Below the pieces are notes generated by a model. That model made no database searches. It saw only the letters and a list, made by a program, of their open reading frames with translations, and was not told the DNA's origin. A stretch of 64,000 nucleotides of DNA from Cenococcum geophilum (Eukaryota): assembly GCA_050273025.1 (NCBI GenBank), contig CP158635.1:7750001-7814000 (forward strand). The letters are read 5' to 3'. Position 1 is the first letter of the stretch. Every line of letters starts with the position of its first letter. Below, in pieces: positions 51,347 through 62,785 of this stretch. The position numbers and the translations under genes are program-made.

Positions 51347-54300
51347 AAATTAATTATATATATAACGCCTAAATATCGTATTTAGAAGCTAATTAAGTCT
51401 CAGCTTTATACCCTAAGTAGTAATTATATATAGAATACTGCTTACATACTTTGTAATTAACATAGTGGCAATACTTAAAGCCCTTGCACTAATAGGGTGG
51501 GCTAGCCAGCCCGTTTATATTACCCCCTTATATAAAAGTAGGTAGGGTAGAGGATAGTATAAGGTAGCTAAGCTTTAATAATTTAATATTACATGCCAAA
51601 TATATCGCAATAGGTAACGCGTTAAGGTTTATTCTTTAGCTATATATCGTAATTAAGCTTAATTATTAATAAAACATTAAGGCACTTAAAATCGCCACCG
51701 CTAGTAGGGAGGGTGGCCGACCCGCTCTAGCCATATCCTTATTAATAGAAATGAGCTAGCTGTAGTATAGAAACTGTAGGCACCATAAGTAACGCGTTGG
51801 ACAATTATTTACTAGTAAAGGGTCCACCCTAAGTTCTACGTGGTACTACTTAAATAGCGTTTACCAACGTGAGTAAAGAGCGGCCAACCCGCTCTAACTA
51901 CACCTTTATAAGGATCTACTTTTTAAGGTTAAAGGAAACGGGCAATGTCTTAGACGTGGCGTTATAGCGGATAAGCACCGCCGCCTACCGCATCTATAAC
52001 GCCACTAGCCACAAACCCCTCCTTATAGGCTGCTGCTTGGCTTCAACGCAGTTGCTAAACCCTAACTAGTTTTCATAACGACCACACCCCAAACTGTCTT
52101 TATAGTGAGTTTCTTATAGTAAATATACTTTTTTTTTATCTGGATTTATACTTCTAAAGTCAATACGCTCCCCTAGTGCATTAAATCTTCCTAAAGGAAG
52201 TGTTAGTGCCAGCCTAGTCTAGCTTCTTTAGACCATCCTAGTGCCCCGGTTTTAGTATGCCCGGGTATAACTAGAAAATAGATAGGCAGTAGGTCTTAAT
52301 AGAAATATATAGCAGCATAATTACAAACTTATATAACTGTAGGGCTGCTTTTATATAAGCTTTATAGTGCAAAGAATTAAATAAACAACTTAATTATATA
52401 TATAGCTCTAAAGCCTCTATATATATATAAAGAAGGTAGAGGTAATAAGACATAATAGGGTAATAGGTAACTAAAATAGGAATAGTAATCTGCAATTAAT
52501 ATATAGGGTAGCGTTAACGCTGTCCTAAAGCCTTCTAAGCGGCGATCTTATATCTTGGTACAGTGTCGGTAGTTAGTTATATACCCCCCCAGATTTAACG
52601 GTATAGTTAAAACTATAGAACATAAAATGAAGGCAGAAGCTATACCAAAATAGGAAATTTAGATACAATTTAAGAGTAGTAAAGGGTAGGATAAGAATGG
52701 CATATTGCGAATATTATAAATATTGCGGATATTGCGAATATTACGGATATTACGGATATTGCAAATATTGCAAAGGTGCTAGTTGCTAGATGGAATAGTA
52801 ATCTAATATTAAATATCCACTAAATTTAACTGCTTTATTTATACCTCGTGCTTTTAATAGGGTAAGATCTTAGTAAGGCCGTTAGTAGGCATCTTGTTTA
52901 TAGGGACCCATTATATATTAATCTTTTTAACTTAGACTTCCTATCTTAGCCAGTGCTAATAGACGTCAATATATTAAAGCTTAGTGTTAAGCTTTAGTGT
53001 ATTTTGTCTTAGGAGTTATATAGTTTATATATTGTCGTAGAGCACGATAAATTCGCGTTTTAAATTAAAGCCAATTGCCTTAAAGAATCGTTACCACCAG
53101 ATAATTTTAACGGTAGTAGTAGATAGGGAGAGAAGCTCTGCTTTAGTAGTTAAGCGAGTAATAAATTGCTGTAGGGTTTCTTTCCAATCAATTAGTCCTC
53201 TAAATAGCATAAAAAGATATCCTTAAGAGCTCCGTCTAGTTTCTATATAGTCCGCAAATACTGCGTCGGATGCTCCGTAAAAGGTAACGTCTTCTCCTTT
53301 AGGGTTTCTAAAGTAGACGTAGGCTCTAAATACTTCGCGAGAGTATTTAATAGCTATAGATTTTGTTTCAAGACAGTAAGTAATAGCTTAGTTTACTGCG
53401 TCAAGGTGTTCTTAATTTAGATTAGTAAGGAATTCGGCCAACTTAGAATGCGTATTAGTAATATTAAGTCTTCTAAATATAGCTAGGTATATAAGAGAAC
53501 TAACCCGTTGCTAATAGGCTAGTATTCTTTAAGGATTTGTCTACTAGTTAAACGGAATTAGCCTAGTAAGTAGTAGTATTTTAGGGAACCTTTCTAGCTA
53601 AATATTAAATTAACTGGCTATCTTTTTAATATAGGAGTCTTAGCAGAGCCAGAGCTTTCTACTTACTCAATCTTATTCAATTCAAATTCCTAGGAACTAC
53701 TGTAGGTCTCTTAGTACACAAATCTTATATTAGTGTAGTAGTTTAGCCTTAAATTCTTCCAGTCTCTAATGGTCCTTTTTAGCAAATAGAACAGCAATAT
53801 TGTCTACGTAAAAGAAGATAATAAGTCATCTATTAGTAAATAGGTAGTTAGTGCCTAGTACTAGTTCTAATCCAAATTTAGCTAGTATATTAGTAAGCTC
53901 TTTATACCAAAGTAGTAGTAAGATTTTTAATCTATATAGCGCTATAAGTAGCTTTAAGACATGTCCGTTTTAATTAAATCCTTCTAGGCAGTAGCAGTAG
54001 ATTGGTTTACTAAGCTTAGTGTTTATAAATACGTTTACAGCGTTATACTGTTAAATTTCTAGGTTAAATGCGGCTGCTATAGCCATAAGAGCACGGAATA
54101 TTCAAGCAGCTAGGGTTGCTGTATAGGTCTCTTCTTTAGTAATTTATAGGCCTCCGCGGATATATAGTTGAGCTTTTAGCTTTTAAAGGTAACCGTCGCT
54201 GTCGAGCTTATATTTAAAAACCTATTTTAGTAAAAGGATCTGCTTATTGCCTGCTTCTACTTTTAGTACAGCCTTAAATGTCCCTTAGCGTTTTAGGTTA

Positions 54301-56026
54301 TTATATTCTTTTTCTATAGCCTTTTAAAAGCCAGTAGTTAAAGGGTACTTTCTTAGTTCTTTAAGATTCTTTAGTTTAGGAGGTAGATTGTTATAATATA
54401 GAGATAAGAATAAGGATCTAGTTCGGCTAACGTCCTTTACTAGTCCTATAGTAAATCCAGCATAGTAACCAAATAGGGTAGATAGATTGGCTAGTGCTAT
54501 TATATGCGCTTAACGTTAAATTCATTTAGATCCTTCTAGTAGAATAAGGTCGGTAGAAGGTTTAGCTAAGACTTTATTAGCTCGTAGAGCTATATTAGAT
54601 AGTTCCGGCGAACTTGGCTAGGTAGGAGTTGCTTTAATTATATCTAGGATATCGTCTTAAAGTCCTTATAGTAAGGTGTGTAATTCTAGTAAATCTAAAA
54701 ATACCATTCTGCTAGAAGTTGGTAACTATTTAATATCCTTTATAGGAGGCTCTACCGAATTATTCGATTTAGGCATAGTCGTTTAATCTACATTTAAGGT
54801 AGGTCTATATAGGATATATTTATCCTTAAATTTATCTTTATAGAGAGGTTCTAGTAGACTAATTGTCCAGAGGGTATCTTCTAATACTTCCCTTAGTAGG
54901 TAGTTAATGTCTTAACCCCTAGGGTTATAGAACGAGGTCTTGTTAAATATAATATCTTTAGTTTAAATAACCTTGCGGAGACTTAAAATCTAGATTTAAT
55001 AGATATTAGTTAAATTGTAGCCGACTAAGTGTCCAATTAATGCACGAGGAGCTAGCTTATCTCCTCTTTTAACCCTTTTATCCAGCGTATAGGTCTTGCA
55101 GCTATATACGTGCATATAGGTAAGGGATAGCGTCTTGCCGTAGGCGATCTTGTACGGAGTTTTCCATCCTAGCTATTTATTTGGTGTTTAATTAAGCGTA
55201 TATTTAGTAGTAAGGAAAGCTTCTAGTTCTAAAGATGGGGGTAAGGAAGCTTCTAGCTGCATAGCCCTTAATCGTTCTATAAGGGTTCGTCTAGATCGTT
55301 TAGCTCTGCCATTTTGTTCTTCTATATACGGGGCTTGGTATTTAAAAGCAATGCCTTTATCTACGCACCACGTTTATAGGGTGTCTCCCGTCTATCTAAA
55401 AGCTCGTTTATTATTGCTCTAGAAGAAGACAACGTCTTAGTGAAATTGTATTTTAATTAGCTGGTAAGTCTTGCGAATAGTAGGTAGGATAGTAGCTTTG
55501 TCCTTGTTCTTGGCGGTATATATAAAGTTAAATTTGGAATATGTGCAATAGAAATGCATTATATATCTATCGCCGTTATATCCTAGTTCTCTAAGGCTAA
55601 TAATATTAAATGCTAGCCGTTCAAATGGTTGAGTGGCTAGATATTTATATTCTCGTCTTTAAGAGATCTGCTGCGTGTGCTTTGCTAATAAGCAGACTTC
55701 GCATTCAATTTTAAGCGGTGCTCGTTCGTTGATTAGCTCTTCGAGCTCTACGCCATTAACGTGCTTAAGAAGCTGCTTAATAGCGTCAGGTCCTGCATAG
55801 CCTAGAATTTTATATCATTTTATAGCTATGGCTCCGACTAGTTTACGGGCCATTCTACTTAGTTGAAATCTTCTTATTAAGAAGGTCGATTGAGTTGTTG
55901 AATTTAGGGTATTCGTAGGCTTAGGCTGTCTGTGCACAGAGCTGGCAATAATTAAATCGGCCTTTCTAAAGTAGCAAATCAATTAAATTATAGGCCCTCG
56001 ATTTGATTTGTTAATTTAATAATTTA

Positions 56027-57170
56027 TATAAGATTCAATTTACCGTCCGACCTAGTCCCCCTAATGGGTCCACACAGACTAATTCCTATGGGAAAAACCT
56101 CCTTACTGAGAAAAACCCCATTTTTAAGTGTACAAAAAACCCCCAGGGGAGACGTGAGAGGTAATATTCCAGATAACATCCATACTACATCAACGGGAGG
56201 AAAAACACTGTTAGGTTGCTGCTTTGAGACTCCCTTTATACAGGAGTGTCTAAATACCTATCTTGCCCTATCTGCCATTTAAACCATCTTTGCTATATTT
56301 ATATATTGCTTATCTAAGTCGTGTGCCTATCCCTAGCTTCTTTTCCAAGTCTCCTGTAAATATCTCCTAATAAATAACACTTGCGTTCCGCCTGGGCCTA
56401 TATACTAAGGTCTCTTATCCACTCCTCTATTAAAGGGTTTCTATAACGGGGTGTATAACTTGGTATCGCTTTTGCCCTAGGGCCCAAACCCAGGCCCTTA
56501 TACCTATTCGTGAGGTATAGAAGGACAATCTAGTATTTAATAGGGGGCCTAATCCCTATAACTAGATACCTAGGTTGCCGGATAATGTTAAAATAGGGGG
56601 CCTCTACTACGCTTAGGGCGCGGATTGCTTGTGTATGTATAAAGATGCTATACGGTGTATATAGTATTCATAGGAGGGAGGGGGTACGCCGAAGGGATGA
56701 TACTTGTCGATTTAATGTCCAAATATGTATATTAGAGACGTAGTAGCGGTGTTCAAACTTTTTGCTAAGGCTCACCCCTTAGTAAAAAGTCTTTGCACCA
56801 CCACCACGTCGCTGCACAGGCGCTGCGCAGCCGTATATACGTCTCTGCATTCGCTCTAGTAGTCTATTAACACGATCTAAATAGAACATCAATAGTAGCT
56901 GCTAGGTTCCCGGGCTCCACCGCATAGGGGTGCAGAAGTCGCTTTTCTGGAGTCGTCTTTTTAACTGGTCTGGCGCCAAGGCCTGTGAAAACTCTGCTGT
57001 TTTAACGGCGTCAAGGGTTGAGTATTCGAAGGCCCCCTCTAGCCACAACGTAGCGCTGCTGCATTAGTAACAGACGAGATCCTCTCTCTTAGCTTGACCA
57101 TGCGGACAAGATGAGACGGAAAGGAACCCCCATAGGACCGTATGGGTCGGATCTCGATTTTGGTGTTCCT
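56027..57170 (-). mobile_element. Ribozyme-containing retroposon copy 4 (subfamily B) with an extra ~215-nt 5' module
   Basis: 16-bp TSD TTAATTTAATAATTTA (56011-56026 / 57171-57186); body homologous to 49413-50322. Confidence 0.87.
56843..56955 (-). ncRNA. HDV-like ribozyme, internal, with damaged P1
   Basis: P1 CGACTCC/GGAGCCC (2 mismatches); P2 TTCTGC/GCAGAG; P3 ACC/GGT; L3 CCTATGC; GGGAA after P1; J4/2 GCGAAT, matching the HDV genomic J4/2. Confidence 0.7.
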
Positions 57171-57256
57171 TTAATTTAATAATTTAGTAGTAATTTAGTG
57201 GGTAGGAAAAGTAGTAATATTAGTACTGGTGTTAAGGTTCTGGCGAGCCTTATATA

Positions 57257-59720
57257 GTGCCTAAAGCGGAACAACAATCCCCCGCTATTGAAATTAACCT
57301 AAAACAGCACCCTCCTAAACGACTACTACCTTTTAACTTTATTATATTGAACCTCAACGCTACTAAATATAACCTTAGCCCTTTTACTAGTATAACAGGC
57401 GACCTCACTAAAGACAATCTGCGCGTAATTGCAACGCCTACTAGTACAGTTACTCTTAGTATTGCGCCCTTAGTATTCTTTACTCCAGTAGAGTCCAATA
57501 AAATCCTAGATAACGGTACCTACTATAGCAGTATCTGCTTTAAACGCCTTCCTAAGTATATAAAACCTTCCTTAGACCTCTAGAATAAGCCTAGTTAGAT
57601 TTTGAAGTACGGCTATCGTATCTAGCACCGCTAAATAAAGTAAGAATATTTCCTTTATCGGTACTGCCATACTTACTAAAAATTAAGCGGTCTCTATTAA
57701 ACTACTTATGCTATAAGTAGCGCTATTAACCACCTAAAAAAGGGGATTAATGGGCACGGCATTATAAAGGAAGGACCCGTTATTGCTATCCGTTTAATAG
57801 CTAAGAAACGGAAACTAATTAAGATGCTGTAGTTCTTACACGACGTTCCTTAGCAAATTGTAAATGAAATTATCGGTAACTTTAATATAAAGAAGTTTAG
57901 GAACGCGGTAGTATACTGGATTGCTAAGAGCAATTAAGCACTATAAGAGGTAGAGAATCCTGCCTTTTAAGTAATAATTAATGCTGCTAGTGAGGAGGCC
58001 CTTAGCGTGCTATAGAAGTCCTATAACTCAGTACACACCTATATAATTACCGACTTTAATGCCTTCCTTTCTACCGTTTAAATAAAACTCCGTAGTGCTA
58101 TAATAAAGTATATCTTATTTAATGGCTGGACGACTTAGAATAATTGCTACGCCCTTACTGGTATATATATTTATTATTTGGACGATACTGGGCGTATAGT
58201 AGATTATATACTAGTACTTCCTAAGCAGCTTAGAAAGCACTCTGGCGTTAACTACGTAGCGGTTTTAAATAATATACTAAAACAGTTCGGTATAATAAGT
58301 AAACGGCTAGGCTACTTTATTACTAATAACGCTATAAATAACGACGCCAGTATAAGAGAGCTCTCTACTATATATACGTTTAATAAAAAGGATAAGAGAA
58401 TTTGGTGCTCTGGACATATACTTAATCGCATAGCATAGTTAATTTTATTTAGTAAGGATAAGGAGGCGTTTAAAAACTTATAAGATAACTTACCGGTAAA
58501 TAAGGATAGTAATCTATTACCTAAATAGCCTTACTAACGCCTGCTATAGGATAAAGAACGATTCCTTAAGGAGTGGCGCCGGGAGGGTCCCCTAGGCACT
58601 CTATACGATTTTATATACGCTATTAATACTCCCTAGCTCTATTAGCTATTCAAACAGTATTAAGCTAAGAATAATGAGCAACTACTAATTACTGCTTTTA
58701 CTCCGAAATAACTTATTAAACCAGTTAAAATACGGTGGAATAGCTACCTTAATACTTTCGTTTAAGTACTAGAACTTCGCTAACCACTTAATTCAATCGC
58801 CCACTATATAATTAAGAAGTATAATACTGAAACCGTATTAGTATAAGCATGAAATAGACCTCTCCCTCCTATGCGGAACTTTATATTAAACGGTGGATTA
58901 AATGATTATAATTAGAGCGTTATCTGTAACTATATCGCCATTCTATAACCGCTTAAGGAGGCTTCAAAGCTGCTAGAAGGCCGTGGTAAATTAGGGCGCA
59001 ATGGAGCTATATAGGAAGTGCTGCCGATGCTTAAATAGCTACTTAAACTATTTGAGGAAATGAAGGATCGGGTGCAAGAAGCCCTCGTAGATGATCTTCC
59101 ATACCAGGAAGCCTTAGAAGATCACTACTCAATTAACGTTAATAGTGGCTGGATAAAGCTTTAAAAGTACTATAAACTACTAGATAATACGCCGGTATAC
59201 TACGCGGCTATTATACTCTATTCTTACCTTAAGAACTACTATAGAAACGCCTGAATTAATTACCCTAAGTGGCTAAAGCAAAACGAGAAGCGGTTTATAA
59301 AGCTCTGGCAGCACTATAAGTAGGCGCCCTTATTATAATCAACACTACTTATACCGCTAAACTGTGGAGACACGCGTTCTAATAGGGATAAGTATATTAA
59401 ATCTATCGCCGAAGGCCCTCAAATAACGCGCAATCTTCTTACCGATAAGTATAAGAAGTGAAAGCTTCTAGACTAACTAGATAGTACGCACCCGCTTTCT
59501 AAGAGCCCTATTAAGTACTAGCTACGTTATCGTACTAAGTTTCCTTACCTTAGCTAGCTAGCGCTTAATATCCCCACTATACTAGCTACCAGCTGCGATT
59601 GCGAGCGTATATTTAGTGAGCTTAGTAATATAATATTACCGCGCCATTCTAGCTTAAAGCTAAAGATGATAGCAGTATTGCAAGCAGTACGGAGCTTCTA
59701 CTAAATCGGCCTTTAGAAGC
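57257..59720 (+). pseudogene. hAT transposase, RIP-inactivated; start approximate
   Basis: BED-like FL(C)RYCH ~57650; F(D)GWTT ~58118; GYFIT(D)NA ~58310; RIWCSGHILN; probable intron ~58496-58549; K(T)RWNS ~58728; ATSCDCERIFS ~59585-59620. Confidence 0.85.
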
Positions 59721-60382
59721 GCCCTTTAGCGAGTAGTAAGTTCAACTAGCTATTGAATGAGTTATACTAATGATTTAACGTAAAGCAGCATCATCCAAAG
59801 CACCTCCCTCATTAATATCGATCGCTTTAACACCTGGCCCTTTACTACCATTATCGCCTTAGCCTTTCTAGCCACCTCCGAACGATTAGGCGACCTTATA
59901 TTAATACTAGTAATGATATTAGGCAGAGGGGCAGTAGGGGGGGTTATATTACGCACAATTTGGGACGCCTAAAAGGCACTATATAGACCTCTACTATGCT
60001 AAGACTTTGGTATACGCACTACTAAATTAAAAGCAAATTAAATTAAATAAATTAGGTCTCTAATTATGTAATAAATCAATTAAACCAAACCAGGCGCTCG
60101 AAAATAGCAATTAAATCAAATCTAGGACCTTGATTTGACTTTATTTAATTATTGCCAGCTCTGTCTGTGCATTAGCGCCCAATAGCCCCCTAGTCGTTTC
60201 GTATAGTATACTATTTCGCTAGTTACTAGACGGTAGAGTAAGTTTCGTCCTAAGTCGAAATGGATATTATTATCTATAGCCCTTAATAGTGCTATAATAT
60301 TTATAAATATAGTAGGTACTAGTACTATATAGGATAGCTTTATTTTTAACTTCCTAGTAGGTGTGTTAATAGTAATGGTTAC

Positions 60383-60544
60383 TGTTGGACTCACAAGGGG
60401 ATATCACGTAGCTACGGTTCGTAGATAGTATGATGATTGTTCTTATTGTATTGATAGGAATAAGGAAAGGGGTGAGGAACTTAAGGTTCCTCACCACGCT
60501 AGGGCCACGTCGACACGTGACGACCGCTTGCCTCATTCCCGACA
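60383..60544 (-). mobile_element. Solo LTR, 162 bp
   Basis: TG...CA termini; TSD GTTAC (60378-60382 / 60545-60549); same family as 37269-37870 in the opposite orientation. Confidence 0.9.
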
Positions 60545-62785
60545 GTTACTATTCCGTAGGCTTATATTTTTTTTAAATTTCTGCTAGCAATTAGATAGTT
60601 ATCTTTTACAGCTAGGTAGGAGAAGGTAAAGTCTTCTTAGTTATTATAGACGTAGGTATCTGCACTAGGGTTAAGTATCTAGGTATTCTGGAGTTTAAAT
60701 GGTTTTTAACTAGTACTAAACACAGCAGCATAGTTAGTTAGGGTCTTAGACGGTAGGGTTTTAGAATTAAAATCTATTGTAGATTTTATATTCTTTTTTA
60801 CTTCCTATTCTCTTTTTAAGATAAGGTTAACAGTGCGTTTAATCTAAGGTATAGATAAGATCTTTTTATCTACTTCCTTCTGGACGTCTAGGTTTGGCTT
60901 CTATTCTTAAGGGCGCTTCCGCTTAATAATATAGAAGTAGTTACTAAATCGATACTTAAGGCCGTATACGCATATCTTATTCTATTTAGAATTGGAATTA
61001 GAATTGCCGTTAGAATTTAAATCTAAATTAAAAATTAAGTTGCCTTATAGGGTTGCAAAAGCAGAGTTATTAGCAGTGGTAGCAGAGGGTACTGCTTACT
61101 ACATACAGTAGTGCTCCTTAAATTCTTTAATTAGGTCGATAATAGATAGGGCTTCTTTATTCTTACGTTCCTTATAAATAAGGTCTACTTCTAGAGCTCC
61201 TATAAAGCTAGAAGAGATAGGCTTAATTGCTTGAATAAAGTCGTAGTGTGGCCTAAAGCCTTACACGTTTAGTAGGTCTAATTGCTTAGTAAGCTTATAG
61301 ACGTTCCGCTAGCTGTTTAACCATTTTTCAATACTCTGTTTTTTGTTGTAGGCTTTTAAAGCCGTGTATTATATTAGGACGTCGTGCTTTTAACCTAATA
61401 TGGTAGGAGCTAGTGCTTTCTTAAGTGCCTATAGCCGTCCGTGTACTATATCTAGGCCGTTAATAAGTAGGAGGTAGGCTACCGACGTTATTCGCATAAT
61501 GTAGTTACTAATGTCGTTGATAGCCTGTTCTTGCTTTTGGTATATTCGGAGATCGTCCTTATATTTAGAATAGAGCTAGTTATAGGCAATGAGTTGGTTT
61601 GGTTCTAGCTTCGCTATTAATATAGCCGTCGGTAGTACGTCTCTTGGTGTGGGTCGACTTGGTAGTTCTAGCATTAGAAGATCTTTTTCCTTCTTTAATG
61701 GGTTGATATATTGCCATACCTTATTCGTTTTGGCTGTGTCTTGGATGATGAAGAACCACTGTGTCCAATTAGAAGGCTGGTTGAGGATGAGGTTGACTTT
61801 TGATTTGTTCGTAGTCGTCATTTTTAGGATTTTGACAGGTCAGGCAGGGTCCAATTGGCGTCTTGGCGAAAACCTTATTTTGACGTTTTTTTATTCGTCA
61901 ATTCGTTCGTCAGTCAGGTACGTACGGTCGTCGACTAGGGTTGATCGTCCGTTCGTTTGATAGGTGAAGAAGCTTGAGACATTGTAAAGGTAGTAGAAGT
62001 AGTGACTTCTTGAATATGGTAGTAGATTGATTGGTTAGTAGGTAGTGCGATCCGGGCTTATAACTGTAAGCTTTACAGTGCGAAGAATTGAATGAACGAC
62101 TTGATTGTGAATGTAGCTCTAAAGCCTCTATATATACACGAAGAAGGTGGAGGTAATAAGACATGATGGGGTAATAGGTAACTGAAATGGAAACAGTGAT
62201 CTGCAAGCAATATTGATCTGCAATCAATATATAGGGTGGCGTTGATGCTGTCCTGGAGCCTTCCAAGCGGCGATCTTGTGTCTCGGTACAGTGTCGGTAG
62301 TCGGTTACATTTTGTGTTGTAGAAAGTACAGTAGTCTATCTTCAGCTCGAAAAGGCTGAGAATGCGGGTGCGGCTGATGCCTGGCCTGCTTCACCTGCCA
62401 AATAAGAGTGGTCTTCCTCTTCGCCGCCCAGGCTGCGGGGTGAACTAGTACAATATGGGTTTAGGTGGGGCATCCCAAGGGATATTTCTTCCTTGGGATG
62501 GCCCTAAATCAACTATGGTGAAGACTCTTGCGGAGATCTCTAGTAATTACTATAACTTAGCTAAGAGTTGTATTATAATTAAAGTAAGAACTGGCCACTC
62601 TCGGGAAGATCTTCAAGGTCATCAGAGCTGCCGTTACTTTTTAATGGTATAATATTTCGATTATGCTCATCAATCCATCCATGGCGGAGGTTGTCATTCA
62701 AAACGACCGTAACGGCCTGTATCCCTTGCACCGATGACAGCCTAGCCTGGAGATGCGTTGACAAAGGTCAAGACGCATTAAGTCA

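Larger units (their letters stand above)
55937..60163 (+). mobile_element. hAT DNA transposon (hAT-B)
   Basis: Perfect 21-bp TIR CAGAGCTGGCAATAATTAAAT; 8-bp TSD TCTGTGCA (55929-55936 / 60164-60171). Confidence 0.95.
52354..62309 (-). mobile_element. Ty1/Copia LTR retrotransposon (Copia-B); hosts hAT-B and a solo LTR
   Basis: LTRs at 52354-52581 (228 bp) and 62065-62309 (245 bp, with a 17-bp duplication); TSD TTTTA/TTTTG; PPT (C)7 at 52584-52590. gag ATG 61821 (MTTTNK..); integrase EQNGRA.RS ~55295-55320; RT FFYVDNI ~53800-53815; RNase H ASDAVFAD ~53255-53275. Confidence 0.92.

Noticed and set aside
51365..52348. Moderately GC-rich segment with a short internal repeat (GGCCRACCCGCTCTA)
   Set aside because: No ORF, TIR or TSD identified; cannot be called
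56064..56282. 72-aa ORF in retroposon copy 4
   Set aside because: Antisense to the element, no motif, no counterpart ORF in the other copies
61589..62266. ORFs 61589-61960 (+) and 61910-62266 (-)
   Set aside because: Antisense to Copia-B gag, or spanning its LTR/leader; chance ORFs in less-mutated TE DNA
62455..62764. Small ORFs downstream of the RelA/SpoT gene as a possible antitoxin
   Set aside because: Short, overlapping on both strands, no recognisable motif; most likely 3' flank
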